A stretch of 64,000 nt of DNA from Octopus sinensis (GCF_006345805.1 NC_043002.1:19034001-19098000), one strand, 5' to 3'; counted from the first letter of the stretch, positions 1 through 11,166 are shown. Translations and numbers: made by a program. Notes: generated from the sequence alone by a model not told the origin.

Positions 1-287
1 GTGACAATCGTGTTTTTGTTTTTGTATAAAAAATTATATTGTTCTCTGTATAAGTTTGTTTTGAAGGTAATTTAGCTGCCTTTTCTAGCTGGTCGAAAAG
101 CCGCGTAGAGGCTCTTCCGTTAGCTGATAGTTTGCACATGTTAATTACTGTTGCCTGTTTGAATCGTGTGTTGTGAAGATAGAGTATGTATTTAGTGTTA
201 AGCGAGGAACAGAGAGCCTTTATTTAATTACATATATGAAGAAAGAAAGAGAGAGATTGTTTAGTGTTGTGAAGAGAGACACGTTAA

Positions 288-708
288 GTATGTTAATACA
301 AAGATTATTTACTGGAGTATGAAGACCAGGAGAGAAAGAAAGGCATTGTTTAGTGCTATGTGAAGACATAATTAAGTGACATGTAAAGAAAGAGAAGAGG
401 ATACAACTTTTACGTTCTGAGTTCAAATTCCGCCGAGGTCGACTTTGCCTTTCATCCTTTTGGGGTCGATAAATTAAGTACCAGTTACGCACTGGGGTCG
501 ATGTAATCGACTTAATACCTATGTCTGTCCTTGTTTGTCCGCTCTGTGTTTAGCCCCTTGTGGGTAATAAAGAAATAGGTATTGTATGTGAATACAAAGA
601 TTATTTACTGGAGTATGAAGACCAGGAGAGAAAGAAAGGCATTGTTTAGTGCTATGTGAAGACATAATTAAGTGACATGTAAAGAAAGAGAAGAGGATAC
701 TACTTTTA
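288..708 (+). repeat. ~125-bp direct repeat (288-412 and 584-708) flanking the SINE fragment
   Basis: GTATGT(T/G)AATACAAAGATTATTTACTGG...GAAGAGGATAC(A/T)ACTTTTA present twice with 2 mismatches. Confidence 0.9.
412..583 (+). mobile_element. tRNA-derived SINE family A (Meta-domain-like), internal fragment
   Basis: B-box GAGTTCAAATTCC followed by GAGGTCGACTTTGCCTTTCATCCTTTTGGGGTCGATAAATTAAGTACCAG; same sequence recurs at 7617, 21885, 39906. Confidence 0.85.
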
Positions 709-1249
709 ATGTTGTGTGATGACAGAGAAGAGAGAGAGATTGTTTTTATTGTTGTGTGAAAGTAGAGAGAAACACTTAGAAATGTGTGAAGACTGAAAAT
801 GGGAACAAGTATTGTGTCATTTGTTTAGCTTAAGTTCTAAATGCACACCTATGATATCAAAAGGCATTCCAACCGTGACTATCTCATCTTTTCGATTTTA
901 GGTGCAGTTATTATTAAGTTGATTCTGCAACTTTGTGGTTTCTGGTTTAATCCCACTGCAAACATCTTGGATTTGTGGCAGTTTTAAACTAGAAGAACCC
1001 CAGCTCTCAGAGCTTCTGCATGGTCGTCTGACATGCTGAAAATAGTAGCCAAGTTCTTTCGTATTATACACCACTGTCTTCAAGAAAGAGGGAATGACAT
1101 GCTTGGAATGCCTTACATGTCTGCTCTGTCAGGGCTGACCACAGCTAAACAACTCCATACAGACGACAGTTTGCATTTGTTATTAAGTCTTTCACAGGAC
1201 AGTTATATATTTTTAAGCTCCACAGTTTCAAGATCTAAATTATCTAGAA

Positions 1250-1468
1250 CAGTGCTTTTCAAACTTTTTGATGGAGTGGAACCCCAAGGAAACATTCCAC
1301 TGGCTCGAGGAACCCCTGTGCAATAATTTAATAGTCTTATGCACACATATCTGCTCAGGAGAATTAAAAATTACTGCCAATTTTAGCAGTTTTGTAACTT
1401 CTTGCGGAACCCCTGGACTGTACTGGTGGAACCCTAAGGTTCCGCGGAACCCTGGTTGAAAACCACTG
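1250..1468. mobile_element. hAT (Charlie-type) MITE
   Basis: TIRs CAGTGCTTTTCAAAC / GGTTGAAAACCACTG; 8-bp TSD ATCTAGAA at 1242-1249 and 1469-1476. Confidence 0.9.
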
Positions 1469-1639
1469 ATCTAGAACATCCTCACTTTTAATCTACAAAT
1501 TCTGAATAAAGTTGAAGGAAGATAAAGAATGAAATAATGGTATTATTGAAAGGAATGAGGCAAAGCTAATACAAAGACACAGTTTTTGGTAACTACTACT
1601 ACTACCACCACCACTATTACAACAGATACTAATAATGAT

Positions 1640-1856
1640 AATAATCTTTTCTACTATAAGCATAGTCTGAAGTTTTAGGGAAAGGGGCTAGTCGATTACA
1701 TCACCCCTGCCCCCAGTTCTCAGTGGGTTATTTTATTGACCCCAAAAGGATGAAAGGTAAAGTTGACTTTGGCAGAATTTGAACTCAAAACAAAGCCAGA
1801 AGAAATGCCAAGAAGCATATTGTCCAACATGCTCGTGATTCTGCCAGCTTGCTACC
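1640..1856 (-). mobile_element. SINE family A, diverged copy
   Basis: Reverse complement of GGCAGAAT...GAGTTCAAATTCTGCCAAAGTCAACTTTACCTTTCATCCTTTTGGGGTCAATAAAA. Confidence 0.7.
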
Positions 1857-1877
1857 TTAGTAAATAATAATAATCTT

Positions 1878-2020
1878 CATCATCGTTTAAACGTCTGCTT
1901 TCCATACTGGCATAGGTTAGACAGTTTGACTGAAGACTGGCAAACCAGTAGGCTGCACCAGGTTCCAATCTGATCTGGCAAGGTTTCTACAGCTGCATGT
2001 ACAGCTAACACTAACCACTC
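1878..2020 (-). mobile_element. Retroposon family C with (GAT)n tail, truncated
   Basis: CATCATCGTTTAAACGTC...CCAATCTGATCTGGCAAGGTTTCTACAGCTG, shared with five other copies. Confidence 0.75.
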
Positions 2021-2226
2021 ATCAGAACGAACCAAATGACAACAATTTTGTGTATCTAAAATTTAATGGAAGAACTCAGTCCCTCTGTGCAGCACTTCTA
2101 GCAACTGTCTTCTAACAGCCTAGGATTGACCAATGCCTTGTGAGTAAAATAAGTGTGTGAGACGGAAGCTGTAAAAGCTATTTTTGCGCGCGCGCGCGTG
2201 TGTGTGTAGGCAAGTGCATACTCACA

Positions 2227-2570
2227 CATCATCATCATCATTGTTTAACGTCCGTTTTCCATGCTAGCACGGGTTGGACGGTTCAACCGGGGTCTGGGAA
2301 GCCAGGAGGCTGCACCAGGCTCCAGTCTGATCTGGCAGTGTTTCTACAGCTGGATGCCCTTCCTAACGCCAACCACTCCGTGAGTGTAGTGGGTGCTTTT
2401 TACGTGCCACCAGCACAGGTGCCAGGGGAGTCTGGCAGCGGCCACGATCAGATGGTGCTTTTTATGTGCCACCAGCACAGAAGCCAGTCAAGGCGGCACT
2501 GGCATCGACCACGTTCGGATGGTGCTTTTTATGTGCCACCGGCACAGGTATCACAACTACTATTTCCGTG
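2227..2570 (-). mobile_element. Retroposon family C with (GAT)n tail
   Basis: (CAT)n GTTTAACGTCCGTTTTCCATGCTAGC...GGATGCCCTTCCTAACGCCAACC; three internal GGTGCTTTTTAYGTGCCACC modules. Confidence 0.85.
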
Positions 2571-2613
2571 CATAAATAAATAAATACTGTATATTTATAT
2601 ATGTATACATAGA

Positions 2614-2750
2614 CGATGGGGTTTTTTTTGGTTTCTGTCTATCAAATTCACACACAAGGCTTTGGTCATCCTAGAAAACACTTGCCCAAAGTGTCTTACA
2701 GTGGGACTGAACTAAAGACCACATGGTTGGGAAGCAAGCTTCTTAACCAT
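2614..2750 (-). mobile_element. SINE family B (CORE-like), partial diverged copy
   Basis: Reverse complement of head GGTTAAGAAGCTTGCTTCCCAACCATGTGG...TTCAGTCCCACTG...TTGGGCAAGTG. Confidence 0.7.
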
Positions 2751-3000
2751 TACAGTTGCATCTGTGCCTGTACCATGGTATAAAATGAAATATCAATATT
2801 TACCAGAGTGGAGATTTACTAACAGGTTGCTAACTGAAATTGCATGTGAATTGTCCTAATCTCTACCCATCGCTTTCTAACAATTTAAAAATGAATTAAA
2901 AATACTTTCAGTTCAGTTCTTTTTGAAATCGAAAGTAAATTAAAACTAAATATTTCTAATTTCACACTTTTTAATGTTGTATTGTTTAACTGACAATAGT

Positions 3001-3015
3001 TTTGTTGTATTTCAG
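3001..3015 (+). promoter_or_regulatory. Candidate splice acceptor opening the zinc-finger exon
   Basis: Polypyrimidine tract TTTGTTGTATTTCAG 205 nt upstream of the ATG. Confidence 0.45.
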
Positions 3016-3219
3016 GAAGTTTTCCTGTTAACGAAAAGCTGATTTCAAAGAAAGATGTCTACACTGTTCTATGTTTATATACTGTGAGAGAAAAAAAAAA
3101 ATTAAATTTAAATATTGAAAATGAAAAATGGAGCTTCCTTGAGACCAATTTCTCTTCCTTGGCAAAAAAATAAAGAAAGGATGAATATATTATATCATTG
3201 TGATTGCTGATGTGAATCG

Positions 3220-3954
3220 ATGAGAAAATATATCAAGATGATGGAGGACATGATAGATACACGGGAGAGACCGTTTCACTGTGATATTTGTGATAAAAGA
3301 TTTTTACGGATAACTCATTTGACTGAACATATACGGACTCACACGGGAGCAAAACCATACAGCTGTGAGGTTTGTGGGAAAGGGTTTTTATATATTTCAC
3401 ACTTAACCGAACATATTCGAACTCACACAGGAGATAAATCGTTCTCTTGTGAAATTTGTGGGAAGGCTTTTGCAAGGAAAGATTGTCTACGTAATCACAA
3501 GGCAACTCACTCCAATGAGAAACCACACCACTGTGAAATTTGTGGTAAAGCATTCACAAAGAAATATTACCTACGTAACCATCAAGCAATCCACAGTGTA
3601 GAAAAGACACACTATTGTGAAATCTGTGGTAAAGCATTCACATGTAGAGGCTACCTTTCAAAACATAAACTGGTTCACACAGGACAGAGACCTTATAAGT
3701 GTGACACATGTGGTAAAGAATTCTTACAAAACGCTAATTTAAAAACCCATAAATTAACTCATACAGGTGTAAAGCCCTATCCCTGTGAAACCTGTACTAA
3801 AACGTTTTCATCAAAAAGTGACTTAAAAAAGCATGAATTGGTTCATACAGGAGAGAAACCATTCCACTGTGAAATCTGTGGAAAAGCATTTTCAATTAAA
3901 AGTAATCTGAAGAAACATAAATTTATTCATATTAAAGAAACTTTGGCACAGTAA
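3220..3954 (+). CDS. C2H2 (Kruppel-type) zinc-finger protein, 8 tandem fingers, 244 aa
   Basis: Eight C-x2-C-x12-H-x3-H repeats with TGEKP-type linkers (TGAKP, TGQRP, TGVKP, TGEKP); uninterrupted ORF; upstream coding exons cannot be excluded. Confidence 0.93.
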   Translation: MRKYIKMMEDMIDTRERPFHCDICDKRFLRITHLTEHIRTHTGAKPYSCEVCGKGFLYISHLTEHIRTHTGDKSFSCEICGKAFARKDCLRNHKATHSNEKPHHCEICGKAFTKKYYLRNHQAIHSVEKTHYCEICGKAFTCRGYLSKHKLVHTGQRPYKCDTCGKEFLQNANLKTHKLTHTGVKPYPCETCTKTFSSKSDLKKHELVHTGEKPFHCEICGKAFSIKSNLKKHKFIHIKETLAQ

Positions 3955-3984
3955 CGATTGTGGAAAACTCACCAGTGTGATATA

Positions 3985-4295
3985 TGCTATAACAGATACC
4001 ATGTAATGTGTTATGTAGGATAACATACTGTATAGTGTGTGTTAAGAGAGAATAGACAGTATATATTATGCTATATAGTATACTGTGTAGTTTGCTATAT
4101 GAGCTGATAGACACTATATATTATATAACAATTACTATGTAGTGTGTTATTATGACATCATATATACTATGTAGTGTGCTATATGATATAGATACTACAT
4201 AGTAAGTTATATAGAATGACAGATACTATACTGTATGTTATATGAAATAACATAGAATGTGTCATGTGGGATAACACACTATGTAGTGTGCATGG
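3985..4295. repeat. Degenerate ~30-bp minisatellite (core AYACTATGTAGTGTGYTATATGA)
   Basis: About 10 imperfect recurrences of ACTATGTAGTGTG / TTATATG just 3' of the ZNF stop. Confidence 0.6.
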
Positions 4296-5217
4296 TGTGT
4301 TATATGGAATAATTGAGATTAGACTGAATAAGGTGGGGTTTTTTTTTTTGGTGGGGGTTTCTGAATTTTGCCCAAAATGTTAAAACAGCAAAGTGTAAAA
4401 GAATTACTTTTAACAACTCAGGACCTTGATAGCCAATGTTTGGTTGACTGAAAATGGAAAATATTGAAATTATATTTCAAATAGTTTTCTGTAATATTTT
4501 GTTTAGCAGGAATATTGTTGAAGATCCAGGATTCAGTTCAAAATTCATTTCAGAAGGGAAATAGAAAAATTGTTTCAGGTAGTTATGAATGAGACAAACG
4601 CGAAACTAAATGTAACCTCCACACATACTAGACGTTTTGTAAAGGAAGCGCCTGAATAGATTTGATTTATCATTTGGTTGTGAAATCCTAAAATACAACT
4701 AGAACAGCCATTACAAAGTATTAATCATAGATATTGTTAATAACTCTTATTATATCTTATGAATTACAAATGCATTTCAGGAGTTAAAATAACGCGTTAC
4801 CAAAGTAGATTTTACAAAAAAGAATCTGACTCGCATTCTGCTTTTTTTTCTTTTTTTTTTTTTTGTTGCTCTTAGCAGACTGTGTCTGCTAAAATTTGGA
4901 TTCATTTACTCAAATTTACAACTGTTTTGAAATGCAATTTTAGGGAGATTTTTTTGTCCTTGAAATTTTAATCAAAGTGTTGTTCCACAGACAAATGCAG
5001 CATGGAAGACTCATATTAGCCATTCACAAAACACACAAAATCTATTAACTTCACTTAGACATTTATTATTTAGTGTCAAAATTGTCACTATGTGTTTTTG
5101 GATGGTCAGTATGTGCCTTTGACACTATAATTGCTTTGGTTTCAACACAGTCTCAGATCAAATCACTTGCCGAACAAATTCATCCCCAAGATTATTTTAA
5201 AGAAGTTTTGATCAACT

Positions 5218-5600
5218 CATCATCATCATCATCATCATCATCATTTAGCGTCCGTTTTCCATGCTAGCATGGGTTGGACGGTTCTACTGGGGTCTGTGAA
5301 GCCAGAAGGCTTCATCAGGCCCAGTCAAATCTGGCAGTGTTTCTACGGCTGGATGCCCTTCCTAACGCCAACCACTCCGTGAGTGTAGTGGGTGCTTTTT
5401 ACGTGCCACCCGCACTGGTGCCAGACAGAGCTGGCAAACGGCCACGAACGGATGGTGCTTTTTATGTGCCACCGGCACGAGGGCCAGGCGAGGCTGGCAA
5501 CGGACACGGGGCGGTGCTGGCAACGGTCGCGAAACGGAAAGTTCTCTTACATGCCACCGGCACTGGTAACACATCTGCAATTTCCATTGATCGATTTCCA
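5218..5600 (-). mobile_element. Retroposon family C
   Basis: (CAT)n tail and same body as 2227-2570. Confidence 0.85.
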
Positions 5601-5952
5601 TTGATAGAACATATCAAATGTTTTCAGAATCATGCATCATGTTGGTAACAACAATACGGGTCACAAACTGACCAGTTGCTTCTTGAGTTCCTTGTTAACA
5701 GCCCTAAAAATATTCGCATAATATATTGTTATTTACAGTGTATGGGTACACAGTAGTGGATGTGAGCTGTTTTGGCAGAACCATTTTGGCACCACTTACT
5801 TGACATCACTGATTTGACACTGACTTATTTGATATCAACCTTTAGCATTTAAACTGGTCAGATCTGGCCCAAATATTCTACAATTTATATATTCAGACTG
5901 ACCAGATCTCACCTCTGACACCTGTCCTACAATGTCACTCCAAAAATAAATA

Positions 5953-6347
5953 GGCATAGGAGTGGCTGTGTGGTAAGTAGCTTGCTAATGAACCACATGG
6001 TTCCAGGTTCAGTCCCACTGTGTGCTACCTTGGGCAAGTGTCTTCTACTATAGCCTTGGGCCAATCAAAGCCTTGTGAGTGGATTTGGTAGACGGAAACT
6101 GAAAAGAAGCCCATCGTATATATATGTGTGTGTGTGTGTATGTTTGTGTGTCTGTGTTTGTACCCCCAAAATCGCTTGACAACCGATGCTGGTGTGTTTA
6201 CATTCCTGTGACTGAGCGGTTTGGCAAAAGAGACCGATAGAATAAGTACTAGGCTTACAAAGAATAAGTCCTAGGGTCGATTTGCTCGACTAAAGGCGGT
6301 ACTCCAGCATGGCCACAGTCAAAATAACTGAAACAAGTAAAAGAGTA
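5953..6347 (+). mobile_element. SINE family B (tRNA head, CORE-like domain), full length
   Basis: GGCTGTGTGGTAAGTAGCTTG...GGTTCAGTCCC (A/B boxes), ACCTTGGGCAAGTG CORE-like motif, internal (TA)(TG)n, tail GAAACAAGTAAAAGAG. Confidence 0.85.
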
Positions 6348-6585
6348 ATCATCATCATCGTTTAACGTCTGTTCTCCATGCTGGCATGGGTTGGACAGTT
6401 TGTCATAGATCTGGCTAGCAGGGAGCTGTCCAGATCTCCAATTCTCTGTCGTGGCAGGGTTTCTATGGCTGGATGCCCTTCCTTACACCAACCACTTAGC
6501 AGAGTGTGCTGGGTGCCTTTTATGTGCCACTGGTACGGGTGCTTTTACATAGCCCTGGCATGGGTGCTTTTTAAGTGGCACTGTG
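6348..6585 (-). mobile_element. Retroposon family C, diverged, tail-to-tail with family B copy
   Basis: ATCATCATCGTTTAACGTCTG...GGCTGGATGCCCTTCC. Confidence 0.75.
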
Positions 6586-6743
6586 CACCTGAAAGTACAT
6601 TTCAAAACTATGAGGTATTGTGTGATTAATTGAAAACAATGTGGATAAATAAGCATTACATTTCACAGAGTAATCTGAATGCTAAAGGGTTAATGTTTCC
6701 TTCATTCTCTCCTTGCCCACTCCCTCTGTTTTATATATGTGAA

Positions 6744-7043
6744 CATCATCATCATCATCATCATTGTTTAACGTCCGCTTTCCATGCTAGCATGGGTTGG
6801 ACGATTTGACTGAGGTCTGGCGAACCAGATGACTGCACCAGGCTCTAATCTGATCTGCCAGAGTTTCTACAGCTGGATGCCCTTCCTAACACCAAGCACT
6901 CCAAGAGTGTAGTGGGTGCTTTTACATTCCACCTGCATGAGGGCCAGTCAGGCTGTACTGGCAGCGGCCACGCTCAAATGGTGCTTTTTATGTGCCACCT
7001 GCACAGGAGCCAGTCCAGAGGCACTGGCAATGACCTCGCTCGT
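6744..7043 (-). mobile_element. Retroposon family C
   Basis: (CAT)n tail plus family C body. Confidence 0.85.
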
Positions 7044-7616
7044 ATTTCTTTAAGTGTATGAGGAGAGAGAAAGCGCTTATGTTGATCATGTTCAATCAGT
7101 AAATAGTAATGTCTCTCTCCCTCTTTCTCACAATGTGTGTATGTTTCTTGATGCATGTGTGTGTGTGTGTGTGTTTGCTTCCATTGCCAAAACGTAGTGT
7201 CAACAAAACAGACTGCTGTGCCAAGTCAGCCGTGCCAAATCACCAGCTCCAAACAGCTGCGCCCAATTATCTCATTCCACACAGTGATATTCTGCATCTC
7301 TACAACACAATGTACAGGTTGTCACACAAGTTTCTGTGAAACATTACTACTTAAATATTGATTATTCTCATAAAATTGGAATCTCATCTTTTTCCTGGCC
7401 ACCTCTCTTTAAAAACTGAAGATGTCAACATTATTAAACTGCCAAGTAACCTTAACAGAATCGTTAAGGGACAGAATAGTAATTTTTATAAAACATTGTT
7501 TTGTCTTTCTTTCATTTCTAGTCATTATTTACTTCTGTCGAGGCTGTGAATTGCCAGAATTGGTAGAGTGATTACTTCAACATCCTGTATTTTCAGTTCT
7601 TATCTTACCATGTTTG

Positions 7617-7836
7617 TCTTTATTGCCCACAAGGGGCTAAATATAGAAGGGACAAACAAGGACAGACAAAGGAATTAAGTCGATTACATCGACCCCCAGT
7701 GCATAACTAGTACTTATCTAATCGACCCCAAAAGGATGAAAGGCAAAGTTGACCTCGGCGGAATTTGAACTCAGAACGTAATGGCAGACGAAATACCGCT
7801 AAGCATTTCGCCCAGCGTGCTAACGTTTCTGCCAGC
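7617..7836 (-). mobile_element. SINE family A, near full length
   Basis: Minus strand AGCTGGCAGAAACGTTAGCACGCTGGGCG...GAGTTCAAATTCCGCCGAGGTC...AATAAAGA. Confidence 0.85.
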
Positions 7837-8592
7837 TTTCCGTTCCATCCTCCTAGAGTTGATACAATAAGTTTTAACTATGTATTGCTATTAATTCAGT
7901 CAACTGAATCCCTTTTTCTACATATCTGTGGCTTGTGTCAGTGGAAGAAAAAAATTTTCATTAGCTATTGTTTAACAAACCATAACATCAGCTGTTATGT
8001 AACTAAAAATAGCATCAGTTTCATGTAATGAGAACATTAATTATTATGTAAAACACATTAACTATAGCTATTGCACAAATTATAATATTAACGATGTGAC
8101 AAAGTATAACATCGTACATATGTTACTGATTATATCATCATATCTAATTAAATATTATGTAACAGATAATAGCATCAGTTATATTTAACTGTAGCATTAA
8201 TTGTGTAATTAACTAATGACAATGAAACACTTCCCATTTGTAAATTATTGTGCAGTCTTAGTTAAAGTTAATCAAATAGCCTTTTTCTTGTTGCTAATCA
8301 AGTTATGAAGTCATCTTTGACTGAATAAAGTTCAGCTAAGATTAAATCCCTTAACATTTCTGCCTTTCTTTTGCAACTATTCAACCAAATTACAAAACAC
8401 ACATTCATTAATGTTATTAAAAATATGTATATACTAATGTTAAGTCAGTGTTGAAGAATTTAGGCTGGTATAAATAAATACTGGTTCTGGTGCTTCCCAT
8501 TTTCTCTCATCGACTGTGACCACTGCTGGCAGTGTTAGACTATCACAGTTAAAATAAATTCATAAAACTATAACATGTCAACTACATCATAT

Positions 8593-8794
8593 CATCATCA
8601 TCATCATCATTTAGTGTCCGTTTTCCATGCTAGCATGGGTTGGACGGTTCAACTGGGGTCTGTGAAGCCGGAAGGCTGCATCAGGCCCAGTCAGATCTGG
8701 CAGTGTTTCTATGGCTGGATGCCCTTCTTAACGCCAACCACTCCGTGAGTGTAGTGGGTGCTTTTTACGTGCCACCCGCACAGGTGCCAGATGG
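8593..8794 (-). mobile_element. Retroposon family C, 5'-truncated, with ~45-bp TSD
   Basis: Flanked by AGTTAAAATAAATTCATAAAACTATAAC...AACTACATCATAT at 8547-8592 and 8795-8838. Confidence 0.85.
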
Positions 8795-9281
8795 AGTTAA
8801 AATAAATTCATAAAACTATAACGTGAACTACATCATATGAGATACCTATATATTTTAAAACTATAGCTCTGTCATTGCCTTTGGCAGTTTTTGACCAGGA
8901 TTGGCATCTAACAAATTCAAAATGATTAACTTAGGAGAGAAACCATGTGGTAGTAAAAGGACAGCATATTTTGTACGTATATAATAAACTTATTATTGAA
9001 ATAAATGCAATGATACTGAAAGTAAAAGGTATTTCTGTTGATTTCTGTGTCAGAAGTTATTGTTAACATAAAGTTGCTTCAAGTGCTTTTAGTTGCTTGA
9101 TTATTATGAAGGAAAATGTATCTTTTATTTGTGTCAATGACTTCACTGAATTGTGGCATATTGCCTGGGAAACATCCTCCTGCATTTGTGTTATACACAC
9201 ACACACACATTGAAAGATTAATTATGAAGTAAAAGCTACTCTCAAAGGACTTAAGATGGGGTTAGATGTTGAGAGTAATAT

Positions 9282-9446
9282 GTGGCTGTGTGGTAAGAAG
9301 TTTGCTTCCTAACATCACATGGTTTTGGGTTCAGTCCCACTGCGTGGTACCTTGGGCAAGTATTTTATTATAGCCTTAGGCTGACTGAACTCTTATGAGT
9401 GGATTTGGTAGATGAAAATTGAAAGAGGCCCATCATATATATATAT
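9282..9446 (+). mobile_element. SINE family B, 5' half
   Basis: GTGGCTGTGTGGTAAGAAG...GGTTCAGTCCCACTGCGTGGTACCTTGGGCAAG; ends at its (TA)n where a MITE begins. Confidence 0.75.
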
Positions 9447-9448
9447 TA

Positions 9449-9955
9449 CATGGAAAAATGTGAGCATGAAAAGTAATATTAAGATTATAAACCTAGAAAA
9501 GTACAGGACAAGTTATTATACCTGGAAAAGTATAGGACAAGCTATTACTTCTTGTAAAGTAAAGAATAAACTTTTTACTTAAAATATTGTAGCAAAGAAT
9601 TCCAGTTCTTCTAATTTATCACTCTTTACTGTTCTCATCTTTTAAATTTATTGTACAAAACTATTCAGCTAATTTGTAAGTTTGTCTAATCAGTCACTTT
9701 TTTCTGTATTTAGGATAGTAAATTAGCCAAATACTACTTAGATAAGTATAGTGTTATTTGTAAACTATAATAAAATAATTTTTAATATTAAAATTTTAAT
9801 TTTAGCTGCAATATTTTAAGTAAAAAGTTTCTTATTCTTTACTTTACTAGAAGTAATAGCTTGTCCTATACTGTTCCAAGTGTAATAACTTGTCCTATAC
9901 ATTTCCAGGTTTATAATCTTAGGAATATTACTTTTTATGCTCGCATTTTTCCATG
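9449..9955. mobile_element. Tc1/mariner-type MITE with ~145-bp TIRs and TA TSD
   Basis: TA|CATGGAAAAATGTGAGCAT... and ...ATGCTCGCATTTTTCCATG|TA; arms 9449-9593 and 9805-9955. Confidence 0.85.
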
Positions 9956-10380
9956 TAATCCATGATTTTTCCCGGCATTGCTGTTATAAGATAATTAATA
10001 TGACAATTAATAATTTAAGATTTTAACTTAATTACTTGATATTACCCATCCACACCAAATTAATGGCAGTGAATTTTACCATCATGTTGGTTGCACCATG
10101 GCTCACCAAAAGTTACAAACAACAAGACCCCAAAACCATCAGTAACCTAGATTTTGAGTTGAGAATAATAGCACTGACTACTGCTAATGTAGATCTATCA
10201 ATAATTATTCAATACAACAGAGATTATAAAAGCATATCAGATATGCACAAGTTAAAATTACCTACGTCCTATTAAAATAAATTTGATTTATGAAAGATCC
10301 CTTTTAATTAATTCTGAAATTTAAAAAGTAAATTTAGAATATAAGCACTTTTAACCAATGCCTTTTCTGGACAGCCTTAC

Positions 10381-10758
10381 TATTGGGTTGTCCGGAAAGT
10401 TCATGCCGATTTATAGTAGCTTACCTTTCGACTTATTTTAGAACATGGTTGAGTCCATAAAATAGGATTTGACTACACCTCCATTTATAGCACAGTTTAA
10501 GCTATCTTAAATATCCGGATGCCTCACTAGAAGTAGTTGACAGCTTTTGTTACCAAAAAGAGATGGAATTAGCTGGGAGGGGCTTGTTCTGAAAGTATAG
10601 CATTCAGGGTAAGAACGGGCAGGGAAAATTTCAGATAACTACAACCAGTATTTACCTCTTAATAAGTTTTAATTCTGTAGCTTACCTTTGTAGTCAAATC
10701 CTATTTTATGAACTCGACCATGTTCTAAAATAAGTCGAAAGGTAAGCTACTATAAATC
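10381..10758. mobile_element. Mariner-derived fold-back element
   Basis: Mariner-like end TATTGGGTTGTCCGGAAAG; 70-bp inverted arms 10408-10477 and 10689-10758. Confidence 0.7.
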
Positions 10759-10811
10759 TATAAAGAAGGTTTATGTTCCTATAACCTGTGTTAATTCTGT
10801 AACCCTTTAAA

Positions 10812-11030
10812 ATGGAAGATAAGAAAGTTCATTTTCGGCTTTTCTTTTTCCCTAAAGGGAAAATCGCCTCACAAGCAACCAAAGAAATATGCGCAGTTTA
10901 CAGTGATGTTTCTTTATCCAAAAGATCTATATGGAAGTGGTTTGCAAGGTTCCAAGTTGGAGATTGTAGCCTTATTGATAAAGAGCGATCAGGCAGACCA
11001 TCCACTACAGATGATGACCAAATCAAGTAC
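10812..11030 (+). pseudogene. Mariner transposase N-terminal HTH fragment
   Basis: MEDKKVHFR...KGKIASQATKEICAVY...WKWFARFQVGDCSLIDKERSGRP matches the mariner HTH / WFxRF / RSGRP motifs. Confidence 0.85.
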
Positions 11031-11129
11031 TTGTCTACCAAATTCATTTAAACTTATTGGTCAGTCCAGAGCTATTGTATAAGACACTTGCACTAGGTGC
11101 TGTATAGATAGAAATGGTGTGAAAGCCTG

Positions 11130-11166
<37 letters not shown>

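Noticed and set aside
902-1326. Possible exon after TTTTCGATTTTAG and the 97-aa ORF at 1033
   Set aside because: All three frames close soon after the acceptor, no good donor, and the ORF runs into a hAT MITE
1980-2026. CTGATGA...GAAAC spacing on the minus strand at the family C boundary
   Set aside because: Stem II does not close and there is no NUH/stem I pairing; chance juxtaposition
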